From positions 64,001 to 128,000 of the forward strand of contig JAYGDX010000016.1 of assembly GCA_046582655.1 (NCBI GenBank): DNA of 64,000 nucleotides, written 5' to 3'. Within the stretch, counting starts at the first letter, position 1. The number at the start of each line of letters is the position of its first letter. The notes below the pieces were generated by a model. The model did no database searches. It had not been told where the DNA came from and was given only the letters and a program-made list of their open reading frames with translations. Below, one piece after another: positions 42,768-54,398 of this stretch. Source of the DNA: Candidatus Poribacteria bacterium (GTDB taxonomy: Bacteria; Poribacteria; WGA-4E; UBA9662). A program made the position numbers and the translations under genes.

Positions 42768-43871
42768 TTATCTGGTAAAAGCTTGATTAGCGATTTTGCG
42801 CCCTCGATTTGTCAGTCGTAGAATCTGGTCTTGAATCTGTATAGATCCTTGTTTCTCCGCATGCCAGACAACGTTTTGCGCAAAAGCCTGATCCCAACAA
42901 AGGTGATGGTTGATTCGGTCGAGGCTACACTCTTCAACTTCGTCTTCTCTGTCTTCGTGGTTTATCAGATGGATCAATAGCATCGTCTGAGCAAATTCCC
43001 ATTTTTGCCGAAGCCTTCTGTAAACGGTGGCTAAGATACCACGCTGTGGTGCCATTAGAAACGCCAAAAGAAAACAAATTCCTGTCATGCTAGCCATCGC
43101 TCCAGCCACCGATGCATCCATCTTAATAGCCACAACATAACCCATAATAGCACTGATAGTCCCAACCAAACTACTTATTACTAACATAACTGACAGTCGA
43201 TCCGTCAGTAAATAAGCAGTGGAGGGAGGAACGATCATCAAAGCGACGACCAACACGGCACCAACCGCGTGGAACGCACCGACAGCGGTAATTGAAACCA
43301 GAGACATGAGGCCATAGTGGATAAAGGCAGGTGAAAAGCCCAAAGCTGTAGCTAAACCTACGTCAAAGGTTGAGATCTTGAGTTCTTTATAGAAGACAGC
43401 GATGCACAGCAGGTTAACCACTAGAATTAGTCCCATGGCTACCAGCCCACGAGGAAGACTTAATCCAAATATTGTAACCCTATCAAACGGAGCCAACGCA
43501 ATTTCACCCAACAAGACAACATCTTGATCTAAATGGACGTTACTGGCGTATTTCGTTACCAGGATGACACCGATACTAAACAATGCGGGGAAGACAATGC
43601 CGATGGCTGCGTCCTCTTTCACCAACTGTGTTCGATGCAGTAGTTCCACCAAACTAACAGTGGCAACACCGGCTGCTGCAGCAAAGATAAGGAGCACCGG
43701 AGAGTCGACCTGACCGATGATAAGAAAGCCCACCACAATGCCAAGCAGCACTGAATGGCTGATGGCATCACTCATCAAGGCCATCTGACGCAAGATTAGA
43801 AACACTCCCGGCAAGGCGCAAGAGACAGAAACGACAACAGCTACCAATAGAATTTCGATCTGTGGCGACAT
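42768..43871 (-). CDS. troD: Metal ABC transporter permease (TroD/MntD-like) with C-terminal extension
   Basis: DAISHSVLLG, EDAAIG, YKELKISTFD; start set at MSPQ (43871) just after the upstream stop. Confidence 0.85.
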   Translation of the reverse strand: MSPQIEILLVAVVVSVSCALPGVFLILRQMALMSDAISHSVLLGIVVGFLIIGQVDSPVLLIFAAAAGVATVSLVELLHRTQLVKEDAAIGIVFPALFSIGVILVTKYASNVHLDQDVVLLGEIALAPFDRVTIFGLSLPRGLVAMGLILVVNLLCIAVFYKELKISTFDVGLATALGFSPAFIHYGLMSLVSITAVGAFHAVGAVLVVALMIVPPSTAYLLTDRLSVMLVISSLVGTISAIMGYVVAIKMDASVAGAMASMTGICFLLAFLMAPQRGILATVYRRLRQKWEFAQTMLLIHLINHEDREDEVEECSLDRINHHLCWDQAFAQNVVWHAEKQGSIQIQDQILRLTNRGRKIANQAFTR

Positions 43872-43873
43872 TT

Positions 43874-44791
43874 CTATTCTAAATCCACTTCGGTGGTTTC
43901 CAAGTCGAGTTTCACTTTCTTTAGTGGCGATTGCCATATCAGCCCGCGATTGGGTGCAAAAGCTAATGAAAAGAGGAAAATGCCGCTCGCACATATCACA
44001 ATCATCGGACCAGTAGGAATTCTGACTGCAGTACTACTGATCACCGCACCGGTGACGCCAGATATCGCTCCGAAAAAGGCGGCCAGACATACCATAACAG
44101 CCAGACGATTGGTCCACTGGCGAGCAGCGGAAGCGGGAGCAACCACCATGGCACTCATCAGCACAACGCCAACTGCTTGAAGACCAATTACAATTGCCAT
44201 GACAATCAATGTCATGAGAAGAATGTCAAGTATCTTCATTGGAAAACCTAGGCTTGCACCGAAGGCAGGATCGAAACAGAGCAGTTTAAACTCTTTCCAG
44301 AAAAGGAGCGTCAGGCTGATGACTATCACACCAATTACTCCCATCGTTTTGATGTCCCGCTCTAACAAAGCTGCTGCTTGTCCGAATAGGAATTTATCTA
44401 GGCCTGCCTGATTGGCATTCGGCATTTTTTGAATCAGTGTTAGTAAGACAATGCCGACTCCGAAAAAGACGGCTAGAATAATTCCGAGCGCTGCGTCTTC
44501 TTTAACTCGTGTGTTGCGAACAATTGCTGTCACCACAAGGATTCCAAGCCACCCTGACAATGAGGCTCCAACTATCATAACCAAGGGAGCTTTACTGTCA
44601 GTAATTAAAAAGGCCAGACATATGCCTGGCAGGGCAGCGTGAGAGATGGCATCTCCAACTAGACTTTGTTTCCGCAAGACCGCATAACTTCCTAAAGCGC
44701 CGCTTACAACACCTAGAATCATAGTACCGATAGCGACAGTGCGAAGTGTATAATCGGAAAATAGGTTTAGGGAAATTTGCACGGTTGGCAA
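43874..44791 (-). CDS. troC: Metal ABC transporter permease (TroC/MntC-like)
   Basis: GDAISHAALPG, KEDAALG, FLFGQAA, WKEFKLLCFD, AARQWT. Confidence 0.88.
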   Translation of the reverse strand: MPTVQISLNLFSDYTLRTVAIGTMILGVVSGALGSYAVLRKQSLVGDAISHAALPGICLAFLITDSKAPLVMIVGASLSGWLGILVVTAIVRNTRVKEDAALGIILAVFFGVGIVLLTLIQKMPNANQAGLDKFLFGQAAALLERDIKTMGVIGVIVISLTLLFWKEFKLLCFDPAFGASLGFPMKILDILLMTLIVMAIVIGLQAVGVVLMSAMVVAPASAARQWTNRLAVMVCLAAFFGAISGVTGAVISSTAVRIPTGPMIVICASGIFLFSLAFAPNRGLIWQSPLKKVKLDLETTEVDLE

Positions 44792-44797
44792 AGACTT

Positions 44798-45585
<788 letters not shown>

Positions 45586-45586
<1 letters not shown>

Positions 45587-46554
45587 TAATTATTCCCAGT
45601 TAGTCCATAAAAAATGGTATCAATGTTGTGGCGCACCATACCTATATAAGTACCTTCTTCGGTATGTGGGTTACCCATAGCATCAGAAAACAGTTCGCCG
45701 CCTATTTTAACTTCAAACCCACGAGCTTGCACTGCTGCTTGCACTGCTTCTATACTCTGTCTTGGTACAGATGACTCGACAAAGATAGCTGGGATTTTTC
45801 GATCGGCGATAAATTGTGCAAGATTTCTAACATCAGCAGTTCCCGCCTCGGTCGCTGTGCTGATCCCCTGAAGGGCACGGACCTCAAATCCGTAGGCATG
45901 ACCAAAGTAACCAAAAGCATCATGGGCAGTAACGAGAACTCGTTTTGATGTTTCTATCTGCTTTGCTTTTTCTTTCACATAAATATCAAGGTCCTTTAGT
46001 TGGAGCATATACTTTTCAGCTTGGGTCTGAAAACGTTCCTCTGCAGACGGCATCAGCTTGGTCAGCGTATCGCGAATAGTTTCTGCCACGTTCGTCCACA
46101 AGGTAACGTCAAACCAGACATGTGGATCGTAAGCTCCTGCGAACTCTGGTGGGGCAGTTAGCTTTGATCGATCGATATTTTTTGTCACTGCCACAACTTG
46201 ACTGGGCTTTTGATCTGATAAACGCTCGAGAACCCCGCTCATACCTGCCTCCAAATGCAAACCATTGTAGAGAATAAGATCGGCTTGAGAGATGAGGTTG
46301 ACGGCACCAGCACTGGCTTTATAGAGGTGCGGATCAACCCCCGTTCCCATTAAGCTAGTTACTTCAACCCTCTCACCTCCGATGTTCTTGACCAAATCGG
46401 CGATCATACCGATTGTCGCTACGACGCGAATAGGGCGGTCTTGGACATCTAGGATGGTAATCGATTTCTGTACAGGAGGAGAGACTCTTTGTTGATCTGT
46501 ACAGCTAAATAAGACAGTGATCCAAAATAGCCAAAGGCCAATAATTTTCTTCAA
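45586..46554 (-). CDS. troA: Mn/Zn/Fe ABC transporter substrate-binding lipoprotein (TroA/MntA-like)
   Basis: Lipobox [40 protein letters not shown]. Confidence 0.92.
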
Positions 46555-46555
46555 G

Positions 46556-47233
46556 TTAGTCTTCCTTCACTTTGGATACCAGAATGGAACTGGCCACTTT
46601 TTGGCCGATCACAAAATCATTTGTAGCATCATCACTTAAGCCAACACGAACAGTAATGAGTTGATCGAAAGGCGCAATTGAAATGATCCGAATGATTGTC
46701 TGTGGATAGAGTTGTAATTTGCCGAGATAACGAAGTAAGTCAGTGTCATGATCACTGACTTCGACGATAACCGCACTGTCACCTTCCGCTAGTTTGGGGA
46801 GGAATTCTGTATCTCTTATCTCGATATCTCCGTCTCGAGACGGTATTGGTGCACCATGTGGATCTGTTGTTGGGTAGCCAAGGATTTCGTCTATCCGATC
46901 TTCAAGATCTTCGGACAAGACATGTTCCCATTTTTCCGCTTCATCGTGCACTTGATCCCAAGGAACGTTAAGAGCTTCTGCCAGATAAAGTTCAACTAAC
47001 CGATGGTGTTGGATGACCTCAAGCGCGATTTTTTCGCCGGGCGGTGTCAATTTAACACCTTGATATCGCTCGTAACTTACTAGATTTGAGTCCGCCAATT
47101 TTTTGATCATGCCTGTAGCCGAAGCTGGATTAACTCCGAGGTGCTCCACCAATGCAGATGTAACCACCGTGGGTTGGGAAAATTGCAACTTATAAATAGC
47201 TTTTAGATAGTCTTCGACAGCTTGTGAATTCAT
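46556..47233 (-). CDS. mntR: DtxR/MntR/TroR family metal-dependent repressor with FeoA domain
   Basis: EDYLKAIY, HHRLVELYL, VHDEAEKWEH, DPHGAPIP. Confidence 0.9.
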   Translation of the reverse strand: MNSQAVEDYLKAIYKLQFSQPTVVTSALVEHLGVNPASATGMIKKLADSNLVSYERYQGVKLTPPGEKIALEVIQHHRLVELYLAEALNVPWDQVHDEAEKWEHVLSEDLEDRIDEILGYPTTDPHGAPIPSRDGDIEIRDTEFLPKLAEGDSAVIVEVSDHDTDLLRYLGKLQLYPQTIIRIISIAPFDQLITVRVGLSDDATNDFVIGQKVASSILVSKVKED

Positions 47234-47270
47234 TTTGGTCTTCAAAAATTAAGTTTTCAGTAATTATAAA

Positions 47271-47320
47271 TTAAAACTTAGGCACACCTAAATTTTAATT
47301 TATGCTCGAATGTCTGTCAA
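47271..47320 (-). promoter_or_regulatory. MntR/TroR operator overlapping a sigma-70 promoter
   Basis: Palindrome TTAAAACTTAGG-CACA-CCTAAATTTTAA (47271-47298); minus strand TTGACA (47320-47315)-N17-TAAAAT (47297-47292). Confidence 0.85.
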
Positions 47321-47455
47321 GTTTTTTTAACTTCAAGGTAGATTAGTATTGTATGTATGTACAACTGGGTGTAGGTCAATAACAAAAATACGGGGAAGGC
47401 GACAGCAAGTGTTCTTAACTTTGATGTAATTCAGAAGGATATCATGAATTGGATC

Positions 47456-48472
47456 TTACTTCCATGCTTGTAGATCCAGCAACACACCCAAGTAATCTGA
47501 TTTTGCATTCAGTAACCCTTGATATCCTCGGTTGGCTTGTGAGGCAGGCAATTTATGAGTTAGAAGAGGACTTACTGTCAAGCGTTCGGCGGCGATAAAC
47601 TCCAGCATGACCTCACATGGATCGGCGTCACCGTATTGCGCTGCATCTACTTGGCGGCTTGCATGTGCACCGATAAGCGATATGCCCTTCCGATGAAGCC
47701 CAAAATAAAGTTCAATTTCAGCACTACCTCGGGGACTGCCCAATAAAATGACCTGTCCCATCTGTGAGGCAACTTGGATTGCCTGCGATGCGACCTCCGG
47801 GCTTCCTGTCGCTTCGACAACAATTTGGCAACCTTTTCCACTGGTAACTTGATCAATGCTTTCTGTAATATCTGCTTCATCAGGATTAATTTGTAAATCA
47901 ATTCCGCATTGGGCGGAAATTTCAAGACGCTGAGGAATCGGATCGATTCCAATAACTTTTCTCGCTCCAGCACTTTGCATCAACTGTGCCGCCAGGTTGC
48001 CTACCAGCCCTTGCCCAAAGATCACGACAGTATGTCCTAACCTGATGTTCGACAGACGAACAGATGATAGCGCAATCTGTGCTAAAGCAGCAAAAGGCAC
48101 ATGTTCAATTGGGATACCATCTGGTACAGGGTGCCACTGGCCTGGCGCGGACAAGATCGCATGCGATGCGTGACCTACACGCGTAAAGATCAAATCACCA
48201 CTTTGCAACTCGTTGATCTTTTCTCCCACTTCCATAACACAGCTGACCGTTGCGTATCCAGGATGAAATGGGAATTTGGCGTAACCAAAGTCAGGAACTG
48301 GAAACCCAACATGGGTCTCTGTGAACATTGCCAGTTCTGTCCCTGAACTAATCAATCCCCACAGGTTTTTGACCAAAACTTCTTCTGGGCCTAGGTTAGC
48401 AGACAAATTGAACTCTTCGATCTCAACCTGCAATTTCTCGAGAAAAACCAAACGTTTTGCTTTCACCAACAT
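47456..48472 (-). CDS. Zinc-binding (MDR) alcohol/polyol dehydrogenase family protein
   Basis: LISSGTE, FPFHPGY, GQGLVG, VEATGSP. Confidence 0.85.
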   Translation of the reverse strand: MLVKAKRLVFLEKLQVEIEEFNLSANLGPEEVLVKNLWGLISSGTELAMFTETHVGFPVPDFGYAKFPFHPGYATVSCVMEVGEKINELQSGDLIFTRVGHASHAILSAPGQWHPVPDGIPIEHVPFAALAQIALSSVRLSNIRLGHTVVIFGQGLVGNLAAQLMQSAGARKVIGIDPIPQRLEISAQCGIDLQINPDEADITESIDQVTSGKGCQIVVEATGSPEVASQAIQVASQMGQVILLGSPRGSAEIELYFGLHRKGISLIGAHASRQVDAAQYGDADPCEVMLEFIAAERLTVSPLLTHKLPASQANRGYQGLLNAKSDYLGVLLDLQAWK

Positions 48473-48475
48473 TCA

Positions 48476-48517
48476 CCTTAGTTTCTATACGTTCATCCTT
48501 AGTTTCTATACGTTCAT
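48476..48517. repeat. Perfect 21-bp tandem duplication
   Basis: CCTTAGTTTCTATACGTTCAT x2 immediately upstream of the dehydrogenase start. Confidence 0.95.
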
Positions 48518-48887
48518 GATGTATAGTACCAACTTGCAAAATCTTCGATTATAAAGTGTAAAATGGCCTCTTGTTTTTCGCCAGTATATCACACATTGGG
48601 ACATAGATATACGTTACCCGCAAACATCATTGACAGTATTTTTGACAAGCAGTAAATTCGAAGTATCGGATGTTCTTATTATTTCATGATTGGGCTTTAA
48701 TTTGATTTGCCTTTTTACAACTGCAGGTATGGGATTTCTTGCAGAATTCGAAGGTAATTGTCTCGTTTGGATCTAGCGAATAGGCAGTGTCAAAGCAAGC
48801 CGAACAGCAGGAAGCTACATATTAAAAAGCACGGAGCTGATTATTAGCAGATCCATAACTCATAACGATCATTGGTATCGGACCAAA

Positions 48888-49598
48888 GTGGATAACGCTT
48901 TGGCTGTTTACCTCCCATTCTATTCAGAAAAAGGAAAGATTTCAGAAGACGCCACTCAAAATAAAAATGATGAGAAGTTTGTAGGTAACATCAAGTTAGT
49001 CGCCGGAAAGTTCGGGAGCGGAATCGAACTGGATGGTCAAAGTTATGTGGGCATTCCATGGTCAGATTCTATAGATGTTGTCGATGAAAGTTTTTCGACG
49101 GAGATTTGGTTCAAATATACAGAGAAGGCATCTGCTGGGAGTCTAATCTGGGGTTATGCTGTCGGTGGTGGAAAACCACAATTTTGGATTCGATCTGAAC
49201 CAGGCAGCAACAGGATACGAGGATTGATACATGACGGGAAATCCATCATTATTATGACCAAAACTCCGTACAATGACGGGAAGTGGCATCACCTAGCGTT
49301 GGTCAGAAACTCTAACGGACAAGATACTCTTACCGTTTATATTGATGGTGCTGTCAAAGATTCCCAAAAAGGTAAAATCGCCTTGGTCACCAAGGGACAG
49401 GTTTTTGGCATTCACCTGGGGCAGCGAGTTGATGGACGAAATAGATACAATGGTGCCTTTGACGAGTTCCGACTTTGGAGAAGGGCTTTGGATCAGGATA
49501 ATATTAAGATACTCATGACCCAAGGACAAGCTCTGATTTTGGCAATCCACCCCACTGGTTACCTGACAACAACCTGGGGAACCATAAAAAATCAATAA
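48888..49598 (+). CDS. LamG/concanavalin-A-like domain protein, N-terminus possibly eroded
   Basis: GKFGSGIELDG, FSTEIWF, DGKWHHLALV, YIDG, GAFDEFRLWRRAL, C-terminal AIHPTGYLTTTWGTIK. Confidence 0.8.
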   Translation: MDNALAVYLPFYSEKGKISEDATQNKNDEKFVGNIKLVAGKFGSGIELDGQSYVGIPWSDSIDVVDESFSTEIWFKYTEKASAGSLIWGYAVGGGKPQFWIRSEPGSNRIRGLIHDGKSIIIMTKTPYNDGKWHHLALVRNSNGQDTLTVYIDGAVKDSQKGKIALVTKGQVFGIHLGQRVDGRNRYNGAFDEFRLWRRALDQDNIKILMTQGQALILAIHPTGYLTTTWGTIKNQ

Positions 49599-50490
49599 GG
49601 TTTCTCAGTTGTTGCAAATATTTCCCTCTCATTTTTCCCACAAAAGAACGGAAGAATACCATTCTTGAAGTACGTTTGTGAGTGTCCGTTCAGTCACCCT
49701 CTGTGACGCATCACTGTAAATATTCTGATCCTCTGGTAATGCCAGCTAGCTGAGCCAATCTATGGTCACTTATGATCTGGTGATGCCAATGAGGGCTTGC
49801 TCAATGTCACAGTGGAGCGTTGTCACTCAGTTTGGTGCCTCAACAGGAATGATCAATTTTACTTTTCGGGATCTGTAAGAGAAATGACCATCTGCACTTT
49901 ATAGATACCAATTCGGTTCGCCAACGCAAACAGCTCTTCGATGGCCGGATTTTCCATGGCCAAGCACTTGATAGAAACCGCTTTCCGCGGATAAATATGT
50001 TTGACCTGGGAGAAGTTCGCCCCTCACATTTGGTCTGATACAGATCAAATTTGTTTGGGTAATTCGGTTTCACGGCCAGTAAGTGAGTTTTATAGCATTT
50101 GGTTATTCACGCGTAGTTCGTGGATCAGCTATGCAAATTATACTCCCAACCCGTGTGTCTTCAATACATAGGCAACAGATCCCCATTTCTGTTTCACAAT
50201 CAAATAGAATATGATATATACAAACATTTAACCACATAACCGATCAGACTTTAGATGCTTTCTAACATCTTCCGTCACACTAAGCAAATAAAGGAACATG
50301 ATGTTGTTGTCCAGCAATGGGGTCTTATTGATCTACCTCATGATATGTCCTCAGCAGATTCTCCGGTGAGTCACCTATCCTCTACAAAACAGTACTCGAT
50401 CTGCTAACAACGTTCAATCCAGGTATGATTAAAGATGTTTGATCCTCCTTAAATTTCACGCCTTGGGCATATCTTATATGGAGAGCCGAA

Positions 50491-52398
50491 TTGAAGTTAA
50501 AAAGCATCACATGGAAATCAATTTTTCTGGGGCTGTTGCTAATTCCAATTAATATATACTGGATTGTACGTAGCGAAACCACCGGCCAAATTTTCTATTC
50601 GACAACCTCTTCACTGTTCTGCAGTGTCATTTTCATCGTTTTTTTACTGGCATTATTCAATCAAGTTACAAAGCGATGGTTCCGGCTACATGCACTGGCA
50701 CAAGGTGAATTGCTTGTTATCTACTCCGTACTCTCTGTTACCACTGCCATGTCGGGAGAAAGTGTTGGACAACAGTTAGTTCGGATAATGGGCACACCAT
50801 TTTGGTATGCCACATCTGAAAACGAATGGGCAGCCTTATTTCACCGTTATTTGCCGCCATGGTTGATTGTTGCAAATAAACCGATTCTCCAGGCTTTCTT
50901 TGAAGGAGATCGTGGCGATCCGTCCTTGCTCTATACCGTCCCTCATTTCATGATCTGGTTCCAGCCACTGCTAATGTGGAGTCTTTTCGTTTTCTTAATC
51001 GTGTCCATTATGACATGTATCAACGTTATCGTTCGAAAGCAATGGATTGAGCAGGAGAAGCTAACCTATCCCATTATCCAGTTACCACTTGGTCTGACGA
51101 CGGAGGATAAAAGTCTTCTTGATAATCGAAAGATGTGGATCGGTTTCAGTATTGGTGCTGGTATCACGTTATTGAACGGGTTTCACTATCTTTTTCCTAT
51201 TGTACCGGGGATCAACAATATCAACGATATCAGTGGCCTGTTTTCTACTCATCCATGGGATGTGGTTCGTCCAATGGTAATCGCGTTCTATCCATGTGCC
51301 ATTGGACTTGCCTTCCTGATGCCGCTCGATCTTTCAATGTCAACTTGGTTCTTCTTTTTCTTTTGGAAGGCACAGTTGATTCTTGGTGCAGTTTTCGGAT
51401 TGAGAAGTCTACCCGGGTTCCCATACGCACGCTGGCAACAAACGGGAGCGTATCTGGCCATTGGCATCTTGGCTTTGTGGATAAGTCGGCGGCAAATTGG
51501 TCATGTGTTTAATGCTGCATGGAAAAGTGTACCTCCTGCTAGTAGCCGCTTGTCTGAACCCATGAGTTACCGAATAGCTATTTTAGGGTTGGTTGGCGGA
51601 TTCTCACTGTTGGCACTGTTTGGAATGCAGATGGGTATGACGTCCTGGGTTGCTCTTTCTTTCTTCAGCTTCTATTTCATTTTATCCATCGCGATCACTC
51701 GCATGCGGGCAGAGTTAGGTCCCCTTGTTCATGAATTGTACTACAGCAACGTGGGACAGGCGATGACTGCTGTTTTAGGAACACGCCGTATTCCTCCTAG
51801 CAGTTTGACCGCCGTGTCGTTGCTATGGTGGTTAACACGTAGTCAAAATTCTCATGTCATGCCTCATCAGTTGGAGACGTTCAAATTGGCCGAACGAACG
51901 GGAGTTGATGCCCACCGATGGTGGGTTTTTATGTTGGTGGCCTCAGTGTTAGGGGGACTCATCTGTTCTTATGCAGTTCTTGACGCTGGATATCACAACG
52001 GTGGCGACGCTGGCTTTGCCCCTGAAACTTATAGACGTCTTCAAGGCTGGTTGTATAATCCACGCCCAGCAAACTTACCTGCCAGCGTCTTTATGGGAAT
52101 CGGTTTTCTTTTTGCGTTGCTTCTTCTTTGGCTGAAACAACGATTTCTATGGTGGCCGTTTCATCCTCTTGGATATGCTGTTACCCAAGGGGATTGGGCT
52201 ATCACCTTTATCTGGTTTCCTATTTTTACCAGTTGGCTGCTCAAATTGTTGATTTTAAAGTATGGGGGAATTCGGGCACATCGAAATGCGATTCCCATCT
52301 TTCTCGGCTTAATTCTCGGCGATTTTGTGATGGGGGCAACTTGGGGATTAATTGGTTTAATAACAGGACTTCCGACCTATCGGTTCAAAAATTGGTAG
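50491..52398 (+). CDS. Polytopic membrane protein, DUF6785/DUF6784 type (putative transporter)
   Basis: Many TM helices; ELLVIY, RKQWIEQEKLTYPIIQLP, RMRAELG, WWPFHPLGY, FLGLILGDF. Confidence 0.7.
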   Translation: MKLKSITWKSIFLGLLLIPINIYWIVRSETTGQIFYSTTSSLFCSVIFIVFLLALFNQVTKRWFRLHALAQGELLVIYSVLSVTTAMSGESVGQQLVRIMGTPFWYATSENEWAALFHRYLPPWLIVANKPILQAFFEGDRGDPSLLYTVPHFMIWFQPLLMWSLFVFLIVSIMTCINVIVRKQWIEQEKLTYPIIQLPLGLTTEDKSLLDNRKMWIGFSIGAGITLLNGFHYLFPIVPGINNINDISGLFSTHPWDVVRPMVIAFYPCAIGLAFLMPLDLSMSTWFFFFFWKAQLILGAVFGLRSLPGFPYARWQQTGAYLAIGILALWISRRQIGHVFNAAWKSVPPASSRLSEPMSYRIAILGLVGGFSLLALFGMQMGMTSWVALSFFSFYFILSIAITRMRAELGPLVHELYYSNVGQAMTAVLGTRRIPPSSLTAVSLLWWLTRSQNSHVMPHQLETFKLAERTGVDAHRWWVFMLVASVLGGLICSYAVLDAGYHNGGDAGFAPETYRRLQGWLYNPRPANLPASVFMGIGFLFALLLLWLKQRFLWWPFHPLGYAVTQGDWAITFIWFPIFTSWLLKLLILKYGGIRAHRNAIPIFLGLILGDFVMGATWGLIGLITGLPTYRFKNW

Positions 52399-52777
52399 TT
52401 TACGATCGCAACGAATTTAGTAATCTTCTTCTTGATTTGTCTTATTACCAAAATAGCTTTATTGTAAGACATTTCGTATTTAACTACAGTAGGATTCAAT
52501 AAGAAGCTTAATCTTAGCATTATTTAGCAACGATAGGGCTATATATACTTGGGGGAATTAGGAGATGTATTTTGGTCGTCTTAATTCGGTAGGAGCATTA
52601 GATTAAATTAGAGCATTCCAGCAACAAACAACAGAAAATGCCGATTTTGATTTTTAAGACTCGCCTCAGATCCATCGAATACTGTGATAAGAATTGCTCC
52701 CGATACAACAAGAACCGGAATGTGCACTCTAAATGACGCTTCAAACATTGATTACCTGCTCTTCTGTTAGCAATCAT

Positions 52778-53633
52778 TTAGCTCGGATTATAGGGATGTG
52801 CCGCAACTGCGTCTTCATCAAGTTCTACCCCCAGTCCCGGTGCAGTTGGTGGAAGGATATATCCATTCTCAAATTGAATGGGTGTTTTCAGGATGTTCGC
52901 GTGGAGAGAGGACACATTAAATTCTTGAATGAGAAAGTTTGGGCTGCAGGTTGCCAGTTGAATCGCAGCGGCTGCTGCGATTGGCCCACAATACATGTGC
53001 GGAGCAATAGAAGCATAATGCGCTTCCGCCATCCCCGCGATTTTCTTTGACTCCAAAATTCCACCGCAATGCCCTACATCCAACTGGATAATCTGCGCTG
53101 CCTGCTTTTTTAAAATCTCGACAAATTCATACTTCGTTAGGAGTCGTTCACCGGTTGCAATCGGAATGCTGGTGTGGGCGGCGACGCGTGCCATTTCGTC
53201 AACGTTTTCCGGGGCTACCGGTTCTTCAAACCAAAATGGGTAGTATTCCTCGAGAATACTGGCAATCCTGATGGCACTGGAAATGGTCAATTGGTCGTGC
53301 GTCCCAATACCAACTTCCATTTTATCGCCCACCACATCCCGAATGCTGGCAAAGATCTTGGCCACGTAATTGATTTCCTATAACGGAATATCACGTGGTT
53401 GGGGAAAGAGTGGCGGAAACGGGTCAAACTTCATCGCTGTATTTCCTTCTTCGAGCAGTTCAGCAGCGATTTCCCCAGCCCGTTCAGGATTCTCCCAAAT
53501 CCCGTCGGTCGGCATATAGGCATACGCCCTCAATGCCTTCATCTGAAATGAGCTTGACAAAGAGCTAGCATTGGCCACCATGATACGGCCGCACGTTACC
53601 AACCAAAAATGTTTGGACATCAACAATTTTCAT
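52778..53633 (-). pseudogene. Mandelate racemase family (galactonate dehydratase-like) pseudogene
   Basis: MKIVDVQTF..*LFVKLISDEGIEG joined by a deletion to RAYAY..MKFDPF; TAG 53378-53380; then WFEEP, IATGERL, APHMYCGP. Confidence 0.8.
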
Positions 53634-53709
53634 TCTGTTATACCTCCATAATTTACGTTAGGGTGTGTTATAAATTTTCTCTTCAATTTTTGGCCTGCAA
53701 TTGGATCAC

Positions 53710-53941
53710 TGATGCATCCGCCATCCGCTACCAGCAGACAGCTAGTTGCCCCGTCATCCAGTGCGCCTATTCAGAGGCTAGAAAGACTATCACACTCCTC
53801 TTCAGAGTAGTGACACGGATCACGGTAATAGGTGATGAACACTCTAGAATCCCTCGTTTCGAACACTTTTGATGCATAGCACTGATGTCGTGAGTTGTGC
53901 TGGTGATGAGGGCAACCTTGACTCCAATTGTGAGTCAGCAT
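53710..53941 (-). pseudogene. Collapsed short-chain dehydrogenase (SDR) remnant
   Basis: Manual translation gives N-terminal KVALITS and C-terminal VIVFLASE*AHWMTGQ..VADGG within about 230 bp. Confidence 0.55.
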
Positions 53942-54398
53942 GTTCCTTTTGCTTGCTTTTGACTACGCTGCCGAACTTGTTTTATACGGCTAAAATTCCG
54001 TAAAATATCAACATTCAGAAATTTTGCCGTCTATTTACAACTTAATTTGGATACAATCCGTAAAATGAGATGATAATAAGGTTCCTGACACAATAAGACA
54101 ACAAAGTCAAAAACTTTGGTGAAGAGTTGAATTCAAATCACCTTCTAAAAAAACGACCAACAAATGCAATTATCGGTCATTTCTTCCTCTTTATTAAGAC
54201 TAGGCCATTTCAAAAATCCAGCAATAGCTGAAAACTTAGTTTCAAGAAACTATCGATAAATGCAAAATTTATGCCTGGTAGCCTGAGAACTGCCCCAGTC
54301 AGTGGTAAAAGCAACCATCACGGCCAGAGATTATTCGGTTTCGACCATACAGCGAAAGTGACTTAAGTGCCCCAGATGGATCATGAAGCGGACCCTTT

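Noticed and set aside
43872..43994. N-terminal extension of the TroD-like permease
   Set aside because: Overlaps the upstream permease; ATG 43871 fits operon spacing.
48476..48517. CRISPR array
   Set aside because: Only two abutting copies, no spacers, no cas genes.
49840..50130. Minus-strand ORF or gene remnant
   Set aside because: Looks coding-like in parts but could not be assigned to any family.
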